Shown here piece by piece: positions 45,434-55,781 of a DNA stretch of 64,000 nucleotides. The number at the start of each line of letters is the position of its first letter. Position 1 is the stretch's first letter. The stretch comes from Candidatus Eiseniibacteriota bacterium. GTDB lineage: Bacteria > Eisenbacteria > RBG-16-71-46. The notes beneath the pieces are model-generated. The model saw nothing but the letters and a program-made list of their open reading frames with translations, made no database searches and had not been told where the DNA came from. Location of the stretch: contig CAVQXP010000002.1 in the NCBI GenBank assembly GCA_963717935.1, positions 352,001 through 416,000 of the forward strand. The letters run 5' to 3'. The translations under genes were made by a program, and so were the position numbers.

Positions 45434-47150
45434 CTAGTACTTGCGCTCGACCGGCTGCCACATGTCGACGGTCACGGACTTGTACTCGAGCCGCGGTCCG
45501 GTCCCGGTGTGGAAGGCCAGCGTGTGCTTGAGCCAGTTCACGTCGTCGCGCACGGCGAAGTCGCGCCGGGCGTGGGCGCCGCGTGATTCCTGCCGCTTCA
45601 AAGCCCCGGCCACCGTCACCTCGGCCAGGTCCACGAGGTTCTCCAGCTCGAGCGCGTGGATGAGGTTCGAGTTGTAGACCCGCGACTGGTCCGCCACGGG
45701 CGCCTGCTCGGAGCGGGCGCGGATCTCCTGGATCTGCTTCAGCGCCTTCGCCAGGTCGTCGCCGTTGCGGAACACGCCGACGCACGAGTCCATCGTCGCG
45801 CGCAGCTGCCGCCGCAGCTCGTACATGTTCTCGCTGCCGCGCCGCGCCAGCACCGACAGGACGTGTTCCTCGGCGCCGCGCGCCTTCTCCGCCGGCAGCG
45901 GCGCGGCCTGGCCCAGCCCGGGCAGTGCCGCCGCGATCTCCCGGCCGGTGATGCCGCCCCACACCAGGCACTCCCCGGTCGAGTTCGAGCCCAGCCGGTT
46001 GGCGCCGTGCAGCGACACGCAGGCCGCCTCGCCCGCCGCCCAGATGCCGGCGACGCGCGTGAGCCCGTTGATGTCGGTCTCGATGCCGCCCATCGAGTAG
46101 TGGGCCACCGGGCGGATCGGGATCGGCTTGATGATCGGGTCGAGGCCGAGGAACTTGATGGTCACCTCGCGGATCAGCGGCAGCCGCGTGTTGATGCGGT
46201 CCGCGCCGAGGTGGGTGAGGTCGAGCTCGAGGTAGTCCTGGCCGTCGGGGGTCTTGAAGCCGCGCCCGGCGAGGATCTCCTCGGTCTCGGCGCGCGAGAC
46301 CATGTCGCGCGGGGCGAGCTCGATCAGCTTGGGCGCGTACTTCTCCATGAAGCGCTCGCCCTTGTTGTTGCGCAGGTAGCCGCCCTCGCCGCGGCAGGCC
46401 TCGGTCATCAGGATGCCGTTGGGCACCAGGCCCGGTGGGGTGGAACTGCAGGAACTCCATGTCCTCGAGCGGCAGGCCGGCCCGGTAGGCCATGGCCATG
46501 CCGTCGCCGGTGACGGTCTGCGAGTAGGTCGTGAAGCCGTAGAGCGTGCCGCCGCCGCCCGAGGCGATGAGCAGCGCCTTGCCGCGGATCGCCACGGTCT
46601 CGCCGGTGCCGGTGTCCAGGCCGACCAGGCCCGCGAAGCGGCCGTCGTGGACCAGGATGTCGGTGACGAAGAACTCGTCGTAGCGCGTGAAGTTGCGGTA
46701 GCGCTGGAGCTGGTCGTAGAGCGTCTGCATCTCGAAGAAGCCGGTCTTGTCGGCCGCCAGGGTCGCCCGCGGGTAGCTGTGCCCGCCGAACGGGCGCTGG
46801 GCGATGTGGCCCTCGGCGTCGCGCGTCCAGGGGATGCCCCAGTGGTCGAGCTGGCGGATCTCCTTCGGGATGGTGTCGACGAAGGTCCGCACCACGTCCT
46901 GGTCGGCCAGGAAGTCGGAGCCCTTCACCGTGTCCCAGGCGTGCAGCTCGATCGAGTCGCCCAGGTCGGTGCGCAGCACGGCGGCGGTGCCGCCCTCGGC
47001 GCAGACCGAGTGGGCGCGCATGAGCTGCACCTTGGAGACGATGCCGATGTCGACCTGGCCCTCGAGACGTCTGGAGATCTCCACGGCGGCGCGCAGGCCG
47101 GCCAGCCCGGCTCCCAGGATGACCACATCGTGCTTCAGTTCACGATCCAT
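45434..47150 (-). CDS. sdhA: Succinate dehydrogenase/fumarate reductase flavoprotein (frameshift ~46430)
   Basis: GAGLAG, RAHSVCAEGG, DTVKGSDFL, QFHPTG, TEACRGEGG, HYSMGG, HGANRLGSNS, ESRGAH, ERKY. Confidence 0.95.
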
Positions 47151-47299
47151 GAAGGAACCTCGTTCGCGACTACGGTGGGCAGGGATTCCCGGTGGGTGTG
47201 GCGCCGCAGTCTGCCACAAAACCCCGCGCATCATACAACCCGACTCGCATCGGACGAAATCGGAGTCCGCGCCCGCGGAGCGCGCGGACGTCCGGCGGG

Positions 47300-48219
47300 T
47301 CAACCGGCTGGCGGTCTGGCGCTTCCGCCAGCGGACCGGGGAGCGGCCGCTCGCGCGCCACCGTGGCCGCCTCGAGCGGCCCGAGCACGCCGTCCTCGAC
47401 CACCACGCCGCGCAGCAGCTCCAGCGGCACCATCTCGGCGTGCACGTTGCGCGGCCGCACGCCCGGCGGGCGGCGCGTCCCATACCTCCGCGGTCGGCCG
47501 CTCCTCGATCCGCAGCGCCGCGGTCGTCACCGGCAGGAACTTGCGGCGCGGCGCGAGCACGTAGACCGGCACCGAGTGCTCGCGTGCCGCGAGCGCCGCG
47601 GCGTAGCCGCCCACCGCCACGATGGCGCCGCGGTCGGTGACCGCATCGGCCCCGAGCCAGAGCGCCGCGGTCTGCGAGAGCAGCATCGGGAGCGCCGCGT
47701 CCACCACGAGCCAGGTCGGCACGCCGGCCAGGCCCAGCGCGGCCGCCAGCGCGCGGCCGTGCAGGAGCGGCCGCCCTTCGCCCACCAGCGCGCGCGGGCC
47801 GCGGCCACGGTCGTGAAGCTCGAGCAGGGCCGCGCGCACGGTCGTGCCGCAGGAGAGCGTGGAGACCCACGCGCCGCGCTCGGTCAGGAGCGCGCTCGCG
47901 GTGCGCGCCACCGCCGCCCGCGCGCCCTCGAGGTCGGCGCGCTCCGCGGCGCACGACCGTGCGATCTGGACCCGCAGCTCGGGCGGCGGCTCACCGCGAT
48001 GCAGGCCCGCGTCGGCCACGTCGAGCGCGCGCGCGGCGAGCTGGTGGACCAGCCCGTTGACCGCGTAGGCGGCCTGTTCGCCGCGCAGCCGGACGAGCAG
48101 GGCGGCACGCAGCGCCGCCGCATCGACCGACGCGTCGACGGCCGCCCAGCGCTCGAGGCGAGCCAGGAAGCCAAGGGCCTCCCGCTCGCGCCCGGCTCAT
48201 GCACCGGCGCGTCCGCCAT
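47300..48219 (-). CDS. eIF-2B alpha/beta/delta-family protein (ribose-1,5-bisphosphate/MTR-1-P isomerase-like), frameshifted; 3' end uncertain
   Basis: STLSCGTTV, LVGEGRPLLHGR, VVDAAL, WLGADAV, ALAAREHSVPVYV, RKF, NVHAEMVP. Confidence 0.75.
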
Positions 48220-48399
48220 GGACTCTTCGGAACGCAACCGGGCGAGCCGGGATCCGCATGCGGTGTGCCTCCGAGGATGAAGGACCAGAACGCAGGGACC
48301 ATATCATGGCCTTCATCGGCGTCCCACCGCGTCCAGTCCCGCGGTCCGGCCCGCTCCGGCGCCGGGCGGGCCGGAGTTGACGCCGGTCCCGCCCGCGCA

Positions 48400-49241
48400 T
48401 CAGGCCGTGGAGGGCTCCAGCCGATCCCGTCCGGCAGGAACCGGGAGGGGCGCGCGCAGCGACCACTCCCGGTCCAGCCACTCCAGGAACCAGATCACGT
48501 CGCCGGGCGTCGGCAGGACGTACTCGGCGCGGGAGACGACGCGGTCCACCGCCACGGCGAGGCCGCCGCGCCGCCGGACCGCCGCGTGCACCGGCTCGTC
48601 GCGCGTGTCGTCGCCGAAGTAGAAGAGTCAGCGTCTCCGGCAGAGCCGGCTCCAGCCAGCGCTCGAGTGCCGCGACCTTGTCCCGAGCCGTCGGCGGGCA
48701 TCACCTCGAATCCGGTCCGGCCGTGGACCAGGGTCACCTGGGACTGGCAGGAGCGCACGCGGCGTCTCACGCCGGCCCCGAAGGCCGGATGCAGGCTGGG
48801 AGCGACCCCCGCGAAGTGCAGCACGCAGGAACCGACCCGGGGCTCGAGGTGCGCGCCCGGGAAACGCTGGCACCATCCTTCGAGCTCACGCAGCAGCGGC
48901 ATCGGCAGGGAGAAGGTGGCTCCGGCGTGGGTTTCGAGCCGGCCCCGCTCGTCCCGGGTCTCGAGTCCCGAGGATCCGGCATAGAAGACATGCTCGATGC
49001 CGATCCTGCGCCACAGGTCGTCGAGCGTGCGGCTCGAGAGGATCGCGAGCCGTGCCCCGGCCTGCCGCGACAGCCGCTCGAGCACCTCGCGGGCGCGCAC
49101 CGGCAGCGTGGCCTCCCGCGGATCGACCGAGATCGGGATGAGGGTCCCGTCGAAATCGAGGCCCACGTGCAACGAGTCGGCGCGGCGCAATCGCTCGCTC
49201 AGCGAACCGACCGACAGCCAGAGGGGCTTCAGGCTGGCCAT
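48400..49241 (-). CDS. otsB: Trehalose-6-phosphate phosphatase-like HAD hydrolase (frameshifted)
   Basis: LDFDGTL, LAILSSR, YAGSSGLE, FEVMP, YFGDD..DE. Confidence 0.75.
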
Positions 49242-49701
49242 GACGGCATCCTCGCATGGGTGGCCGCGCAGACGCGCCCCGGTGGCAACCGTCACCGGCT
49301 CCGCCCGCCGCCGGCAGCGCCGGCGAGCAACGGTCCGCATGCCACGCAGAGCAAACGTACTCCTCCCGGACCGGGCGAAGTCAATCCCGAAACGCGGGCC
49401 GGAGCCCGGCCGCTGTCCCGTTCAGGAGACGGGGGCGCTCGCGGGGACGCGTCCATGGCCCCCGGCACGGCCCCGGCAGGGGACCGCCCGGCGGTCGGGC
49501 GGCGGTTGGCAGCCCCCGGAGGCTGTGCTAGCTTGGCCTTGCCCGGGCCGAGCCCTGCGCCCCGCGGCGCAGGGCTCGGCCGCGTGACAGGGCCCGCTCT
49601 GCGGGCGCCCCCGCCTCGCGCTCGCGCCTGCCGGGCACCGGTCCCCGGGCGGTGCCGTCTGCGGCCGGCGCACCCTTCCGTATCGGAGAAGTCCAGAGCC
49701 C

Positions 49702-52401
49702 ATGACGACCCCCGTCGCGGACCGCATCCAGCATGAGCTGTTGCCGCGCATCTCCAAGCCCAATCGTTACTTGGGCAGTGCGTCTCATGCTCCGCGAAAG
49801 CCCCTGGACCCGGCCGCGGTGCGCGTGCTCCTGGCGTTCCCGGACGCCTACGAGATCGGGATGTCGAACCTCGGCATCCGTATCATCCATCATGTGCTGA
49901 ACCAGCGCCCCGACGCGGCCGCCGAGCTCACGTTCGCCCCCTGGCCGGACGCCGAGGCCGAGATGCGGCGGCTGGCGATCCCGCTCTTCTCGCTCGATTC
50001 CCACAGTCCCGCCCGGTCGTTCGACGTCCTGGGCTTCTCCCTCCAGTACGAGCTGCAGTACACGAACGTGCTCATGATGCTCGACCTGGCGGGGCTGCCG
50101 CTGCGCTCGCTCGATCGCGACGCGCGCCACCCGCTCGTCATCGCGGGCGGGGCGCAGGCCTTCAGCCCGGAGCCGATGGCCGAGTTCGTGGACGCCTTCG
50201 TCATCGGGGACGGGGAGGACGTCATCCACGCGATCGTGGACCAGGTGAAGCAGGCGAAGCGGGAGCGGCTCGGCCGGCCGGCGCTGCTGCGGCGTCTCGC
50301 CCGCGTGCGCGGCGTCTACGTGCCCAGGGGCTACGTCGCCGACGTGACGCCCGAGGGCTGGCTCGTGCCCCGGGCGCGGCCCGGCTACCCGGCGCGCGTG
50401 GAGTCGGTGTGGACGCCCCGGCTGCGCGGCGACTCGTACCCGGCCGCGCCGCTCCTGCCGCTCGGCGAGATCACGCATGACCGGTTCTCGGTCGAGATCA
50501 TGCGTGGCTGCACCCGCGGCTGCCGCTTCTGTCAGGCGGGCATGATCGAACCGCCCGGTGCGCGAGAAGCCGGCCCAGCAGATCGTGGAGGAGGTGCTGC
50601 GCGGATTGCAGGCGACGGGGCTCGAGGAGGTCTCGCTGGTCTCGCTCTCCTCCACCGACCACACGCAGATCACGGAACTGGTGAACGCGCTGGCCGGCGA
50701 ACTGTGCCCGACGCGGGTGCAGATCGCCCTGCCCTCGACCCGGCCCGACAACCTGCCGCCCGAGCTGGCGCGACGGCTGGCCGGGCAGAAGAAGAGCTCC
50801 ATCACCCTCGCGCCCGAGGCCGGCAGCCAGCGCCTGCGCGACGTGATCAACAAGAACCACTCCGAGGAGGAGCTGCTGGCTTCGGTCGCCACGGCGGCGC
50901 GCGAGGGCTACAACGGCGTGAAGCTCTACTTCATGTGCGGGCTGCCCGGCGAGACCGACGAGGACCTCCACGCGATCGTCGCTCTGTCGGTCAAGGCCTG
51001 GCAGCGCGCCCGGGCCGAGGGGCGGAAGAACTTCCACGTCACCGTGAGCGTCTCGCCGCACGTGCCCAAGCCGCATACGCCCTTCGCCTGGGCCGGGCAG
51101 CTCTCGACGGCCGAGCTCGTGCGCCGGCTGGGCGTGCTGCGCGCCGCGGCGCGTGGCACGCCCGTCACGCTCAAGTACCGCGACGCGGAGACCTCGCTGC
51201 TCGAGGGTGTGTTCACCCGCGGGGACCGCCGCATGGGCCGGATGGTGGAGGAGGCCTGGCGGCGGGGCTGCCGCTTCGACGCCTGGAGCGAGCACCTGCG
51301 CTTCGGTACCTGGCTCGAGGTGTTCCGCGACCACGGCCTGGACCCCGAGCACGCCCTCGAGGAGCGCTCTCCAGGGTTCGAGCAGCCCTGGGAGGTGGTG
51401 CAGCCGCCCGTGACGAAGCGCTTCCTGGTGCGCGAGAAGCAGCGCGCCGAGCGTGCCGCCGTCACCGGCGACTGCCGGCTCGAGGACCGCTGCTTCTCCT
51501 GCGGCGTGACCGACTGCGCGCAGCGCCCGTGGGTCAGACAGCCGCACCCGCCGCTCGACCTGGAGCAGGCGCGGGCCGCGGTCGCCCCGCCCGCCTACGG
51601 CCGCAGCGCCCGTCGGCGCCCGGCCGGCTCGAGCGCGCCGGTGTCGCGCGCCGCCGGAGCGCCGTCTCCAGCGTCGCCTCGAGCACGCGATTCCGCATCC
51701 TCTTCGAGAAGGGGATCGAGCTGCGCTTCACCTCGCATCTCGATCTCATGCGCACATGGGAGCGGGCCCTGCGTCGCTCGGGGCTCCCGCTCGCTTTCAG
51801 CCAGGGGCATCACCCGCACATCAAGATGTCGTTCGGGCCGCCGCTGCCCCTGGGGTACCGTTCCCGGGCCGAGGTCTTCGACCTGGAGTTCGCCCGTCCG
51901 CCCGCCGTGGATCTGGCCGAGAGGCTCAACGCGGTGCTGCCGGGCTCGCTCCGGGTGCTGGCCTTCCGTCCCATCCTCTTCAAGACGCCTTCGCTCATGA
52001 GTCAGCTCGAAGGCGCGTCGTACCGGGTCCGCTTCCCGGGCGGGTTCCTCGCGGAGGCCGGCGTAGCGCCGGAGCACCTCCAGGCGGAGCTCGAGGCGCG
52101 CGTCGGCCGGCTGCTTGCGCAGGAGCACCTCATCGTGCGCCGGCAGAGCGAGGGGCAGATCCGCGAATTCGACGCCCGTTCTTCCCTCGTCGCCCTCGAG
52201 CCCTCGAACGCCGAGACGCCGGCGGTACTGGACGTGCACGCGCTCTTCATCCCGCGCGGGCAGGTCCGCCCCGACGATCTCGTCGCCCTGCTCTTTCCCG
52301 GCGCGGATGTCCGCACCGTGGATGTCGAGCGCACGGTCCTGTGGGCGGCCGCGAGCGGCCGGCGGCTCGACGCGCTCGAGCTGCTCGGGGCACGCACGTG
52401 A
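49702..52401 (+). CDS. TIGR03960-type radical SAM protein fused to a TIGR03936/DUF2344-type domain (frameshifts ~50550 and ~51640)
   Basis: KPNRY, FPDAYEIGMSNLG, EIMRGCTRGCRFCQAGM (CxxxCxxC), APEAGSQRLR, PKPHTPF, FDAWSE, then RFTSHLD...FSQGHHPH. Confidence 0.85.
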   Translation: MTTPVADRIQHELLPRISKPNRYLGSASHAPRKPLDPAAVRVLLAFPDAYEIGMSNLGIRIIHHVLNQRPDAAAELTFAPWPDAEAEMRRLAIPLFSLDSHSPARSFDVLGFSLQYELQYTNVLMMLDLAGLPLRSLDRDARHPLVIAGGAQAFSPEPMAEFVDAFVIGDGEDVIHAIVDQVKQAKRERLGRPALLRRLARVRGVYVPRGYVADVTPEGWLVPRARPGYPARVESVWTPRLRGDSYPAAPLLPLGEITHDRFSVEIMRGCTRGCRFCQAGMIEPPGAREAGPADRGGGAARIAGDGARGGLAGLALLHRPHADHGTGERAGRRTVPDAGADRPALDPARQPAARAGATAGRAEEELHHPRARGRQPAPARRDQQEPLRGGAAGFGRHGGARGLQRREALLHVRAARRDRRGPPRDRRSVGQGLAARPGRGAEELPRHRERLAARAQAAYALRLGRAALDGRARAPAGRAARRGAWHARHAQVPRRGDLAARGCVHPRGPPHGPDGGGGLAAGLPLRRLERAPALRYLARGVPRPRPGPRARPRGALSRVRAALGGGAAARDEALPGAREAARRACRRHRRLPARGPLLLLRRDRLRAAPVGQTAAPAARPGAGAGRGRPARLRPQRPSAPGRLERAGVARRRSAVSSVASSTRFRILFEKGIELRFTSHLDLMRTWERALRRSGLPLAFSQGHHPHIKMSFGPPLPLGYRSRAEVFDLEFARPPAVDLAERLNAVLPGSLRVLAFRPILFKTPSLMSQLEGASYRVRFPGGFLAEAGVAPEHLQAELEARVGRLLAQEHLIVRRQSEGQIREFDARSSLVALEPSNAETPAVLDVHALFIPRGQVRPDDLVALLFPGADVRTVDVERTVLWAAASGRRLDALELLGART

Positions 52402-52468
52402 TGCGGGCGGAGCACGGATCTGAGAACGGAGGTCGGCCGGTCCGTCCGTCCGCCTCGCGAAGGACCCC

Positions 52469-54022
52469 GTGAGACAGCAGATCATCATCAACGCCGATCC
52501 GTACGAGACCCGCATCGCCATCCTCGAGGAGGGCGAGCTGGCCGAACTGAGGGTCGAGCGCTCCGAGCAGCGACGCAGCGTGGGCGACATCTACAAGGGC
52601 CGGGTCAACGCCGTGCTGCCGGGCATGCAGTCCGCGTTCGTGGACCTGGGGCTCGCCAAGACCGGCTTCCTCCATGCCTCGGACCTGGCCGAGAACCTCG
52701 CTGCGCTCGAAGACCTCTCCGACGTCGAGGAGAGCGGGGAGCGCGGCGGCCACCGCCGCCGGGCCGCGGCCCCCAAGATCGAGGAGCACCTCAAGAAGGG
52801 CCAGGAGGTGCTGGTGCAGATCACCAAGGAATCGATGGGCACCAAGGGCCCGCGCATCACCCAGCAGGTGAGCCTGCCCGGGCGCTTCTGCGTGCTCATG
52901 CCGGGCGTGGATCACGTCGGCGTGTCGCGCCGTATCGAGGACCGGGCCGAGCGCCAGCGCATCAAGGCCATCATCACGGACCTCAGGCCCAAGGGTGTCG
53001 GCCTGATCGCGCGCACCGCCGGCGAGGGCAAGGGCGATCCGGAGTTCGCCGCCGACGTCAAGCACCTGCACAAGCTCTGGCAGAAGGTGGACAAGAAGGC
53101 CGGCACCACGCGTGCGCCCGCGCTCGTGCACCGTGAGCTGGAGATGACCGCGGGCCTCATCCGCGACCTGTTCACCGACGAGGTGGACGAGGTCATCATC
53201 GACGACAAGGAGTCCTTCGCCGAGACCCAGGCCTACCTGAAGGCGGTCTCGCCCGAGCTGCGCGAGCGCGTGAAGCTCTACAAGGGCACGGAGCCCATCT
53301 TCGACCACTACGGCATCGAAACGCAGATCGAGAAGACCTTCGAGCGCAAGGTGTGGCTCAAGAAGGGTGGCTACATCTGCGTGGACCACGCCGAGGCGCT
53401 GGTCGCCATCGACGTGAACACCGGGCGCTTCACCGGCAAGAAGAACCAGGAAGAGACCATCTTCCGCACCAACCTCGAGGCGGCGCGGGAGATCCCCCGG
53501 CAGCTGCGCCTGCGCGACATCGGCGGCATCATCGTGATCGACTTCATCGACATGGAGATCGAGGCGAACAAGCGCGCCGTGCTGGACGAGCTACGCACCG
53601 AGCTCCGCGCGGACCGCGCCCGCACCCGGGCGTTCGCGGTCTCGGACCTGGGGCTCGTCGAGATGACCCGCCAGCGCGAGCGCTCGAGCCTGCTCCACTA
53701 CTACACCGAGGACTGCCCGCACTGCGGCGGCCTCGGCAAGGTGGCCTCGCCCGAGACCATGCTCGTCAAGCTCGAGCGTGCCGTGCGGCGGGTGGCCGCC
53801 ATGGGCGGCGAGAAGCGCATCACGGTCAAGGTGGCGCCCGAGATCGCACTGTTCTTCGTCGAACAGGAGGCGCGGCGCTTCGCCGAGCTGGAGAAGCGCT
53901 TCAGGATCCAGGTGGATCTGAAGGACGATCCGCAGTTGAAGCGCGGCGAGATGAAGGTCTTCGGCGCCGGCGGCAAGCGCGACCTGACCAAGCAGGTGGT
54001 CGGGAGCGTGCCCGGCACGTAG
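52469..54022 (+). CDS. rng: Ribonuclease E/G family endoribonuclease
   Basis: GDIYKGRV..VLPGMQSAFVD, QITKE..GTKGPR, IDVNTG, RLRDIGGIIVIDFIDM, EMTRQR, CPHCGG. Confidence 0.93.
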   Translation: MRQQIIINADPYETRIAILEEGELAELRVERSEQRRSVGDIYKGRVNAVLPGMQSAFVDLGLAKTGFLHASDLAENLAALEDLSDVEESGERGGHRRRAAAPKIEEHLKKGQEVLVQITKESMGTKGPRITQQVSLPGRFCVLMPGVDHVGVSRRIEDRAERQRIKAIITDLRPKGVGLIARTAGEGKGDPEFAADVKHLHKLWQKVDKKAGTTRAPALVHRELEMTAGLIRDLFTDEVDEVIIDDKESFAETQAYLKAVSPELRERVKLYKGTEPIFDHYGIETQIEKTFERKVWLKKGGYICVDHAEALVAIDVNTGRFTGKKNQEETIFRTNLEAAREIPRQLRLRDIGGIIVIDFIDMEIEANKRAVLDELRTELRADRARTRAFAVSDLGLVEMTRQRERSSLLHYYTEDCPHCGGLGKVASPETMLVKLERAVRRVAAMGGEKRITVKVAPEIALFFVEQEARRFAELEKRFRIQVDLKDDPQLKRGEMKVFGAGGKRDLTKQVVGSVPGT

Positions 54023-54123
54023 ACCGGGCGGCAGACCACGGTCATCTCGCACCCTCGCGTTCCGGGTCGAGAATCGTCCGGGTCAGGGGCCGGGCGGAGG
54101 GCTCCGCCCGGCCCCTCGCGTCC

Positions 54124-54714
54124 CTACTCCACCAGCTTGAGGAAGCTCAGGGGCCGCTGGAGGCGCTCGAAGCCGGCACGCGAGGGCGGGTCCACCTCGG
54201 CGATCACCCGTTCGAGCGCGCGCATCGTGTTGAGATCCTGCACCACGGTGGGGGAGGGTGGCGCGTCGGGCACGAGCAGCACGAGCCGCAGCCGCGCGTG
54301 GACCAGGTTCCAGGCCTCCGCCGCCTCGCGGCTCGGTGGGTAGCCCCGGAGCAGCACGATGACGTCGCATTCCTGAGGCAGCAGGTCGAGCGCGGTGAGC
54401 GCCTCGTAGCTCTCGGGCCAGGCGTCCAGCGCGAGGACCACGTGCGCGAGCCCGGCGGTCTGGCCCAGGTCGACGATCTCGTCCGGCGCGGGGATGCGCG
54501 CGAACTGCACGGTCACGCCGATGCGCAGGTCGCTGCGGTCCAGGATGAGCGGCAGAAGGGCAGGCCGGGCGGTCGGCCCTTCGGACGGCCGGTCGGAGGA
54601 GGCCCGCGGTGGGGTGACGGGTCGGGGCGGCTGGGCGGTGGTGGCCGGGCCGTTGGCCATGCAGCCGACGACCATGCCGGCCGCGATCAGGGCGGTGACG
54701 GTCCAGGATCTCAT
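54124..54714 (-). CDS. Hypothetical lipoprotein with Pro-rich linker and ~26-aa beta-alpha repeats
   Basis: Signal peptide ending in lipobox VVGC, Pro-rich tether, repeating strand-PPS-helix units. Confidence 0.65.
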   Translation of the reverse strand: MRSWTVTALIAAGMVVGCMANGPATTAQPPRPVTPPRASSDRPSEGPTARPALLPLILDRSDLRIGVTVQFARIPAPDEIVDLGQTAGLAHVVLALDAWPESYEALTALDLLPQECDVIVLLRGYPPSREAAEAWNLVHARLRLVLLVPDAPPSPTVVQDLNTMRALERVIAEVDPPSRAGFERLQRPLSFLKLVE

Positions 54715-54924
54715 GGGATCTCCGCGGTTGGGTGCTCGACGGGTGACGACACCGGGCCAGTATGCCACGGGCGGGATCCCACGGGTGGCGTGCTTGACCC
54801 GGTCGGGGGGGGCATGGTAGAAAGTATCGCTCCGCGCGCCCTGGTGGGCGCTTCTCGAGTGTCCGCGGGCCCGTGGCGGGGCTTCGCCTCTCGCATGCCT
54901 GCGTCTTCAGGAGACAGTCCAACG

Positions 54925-55236
54925 ATGTACGCGATCGTGAACATCAACGGTGTCCAGACCCGCGTCGAGCCCGAGGCCGTGATCCAGGTGGCACGCCTGA
55001 CGGGCGAGCCGGGCGCCAGGCTCACCTTCGGTCAGGTGCTGCTCGTGGCCGACGGCGACTCGATCGCGGTCGGACAGCCCTACGTGGAGGGCGCGAGCCT
55101 GACGGCCGAGGTCGTCGAGCATTTCCGCGGCCCCAAGATCCACATCTTCAGGTACAAGCGCCGGCAGGACTACCGGAAGCGGCGCGGTTACCGCGACGAC
55201 CTCACGCGTCTGCGCGTGACCGGCATCCAGCGCTAG
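54925..55236 (+). CDS. rplU: 50S ribosomal protein L21
   Basis: MYAIVNINGVQTRV, VGQPYVEGA, KIHIFRYKRR..YRKRRGYR. Confidence 0.93.
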   Translation: MYAIVNINGVQTRVEPEAVIQVARLTGEPGARLTFGQVLLVADGDSIAVGQPYVEGASLTAEVVEHFRGPKIHIFRYKRRQDYRKRRGYRDDLTRLRVTGIQR

Positions 55237-55245
55237 GGAGACGTC

Positions 55246-55503
55246 ATGGCACACAAGAAAGGCCAGTCCTCGTCCCGGAACAACCGCGAGTCGAACGCGC
55301 AGCGCCTCGGCGTGAAGCGCTTCGGCGGCGAGCGCGTGCGGTCCGGGGGCATCATCGTGCGGCAGCGCGGCACCAAGTTCTTCCCTGGCCTGAACGTGGG
55401 CATCGGCAAGGACCACACCCTGTTCGCCATGATCGACGGCCACGTCAAGTTCGTCCGTCGCAAGGTCCACGTCCTGCCGCCGGCGGCCGCCGAGACCGCC
55501 TAG
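55246..55503 (+). CDS. rpmA: 50S ribosomal protein L27
   Basis: [37 protein letters not shown]. Confidence 0.97.
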   Translation: MAHKKGQSSSRNNRESNAQRLGVKRFGGERVRSGGIIVRQRGTKFFPGLNVGIGKDHTLFAMIDGHVKFVRRKVHVLPPAAAETA

Positions 55504-55519
55504 CCGCAGCCGTTCCTCA

Positions 55520-55560
55520 CGCCGCCCGGCCCCGGGTCCGAGACCCGCGGCCGGGCGGCG
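55520..55560 (+). terminator. Hairpin after rpmA, likely terminator
   Basis: CGCCGCCCGGCC...GGCCGGGCGGCG long stem followed by TTC. Confidence 0.55.
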
Positions 55561-55781
55561 TTCGTCCTGGGTGGGCGTGACCGGGCCAGGCCCGCCTCGG
55601 GAGCGCGCGGTCGGCGCCCCGCCTCCGCGCTTCGGCCCCCTTCGGCGGGTGTGCTAGTCTGCCGCTCCGTGCGCAAGCATGGCCCGATCAGCACCCGCGC
55701 CGTCCCGGGGGAGAAGACGCCCGGCGACGGCGTGCCGCGTTTCCAACGGGTGCCGCCGCCGGATCATCCCGGAGCCCGTCC

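Noticed and set aside
47197..47218. TGTGGC-N10-GCCACA palindrome in the sdhA leader as a CRP/FNR/Rex site
   Set aside because: Half-sites and spacing do not match those consensus boxes, and a 6-bp arm is too weak on its own.
49326..49344. Minus-strand TGGCATGCGGACCGTTGCT upstream of otsB as a sigma54 promoter
   Set aside because: GG-to-GC spacing is 3 nt too long, and sigma54 spacing is strict.
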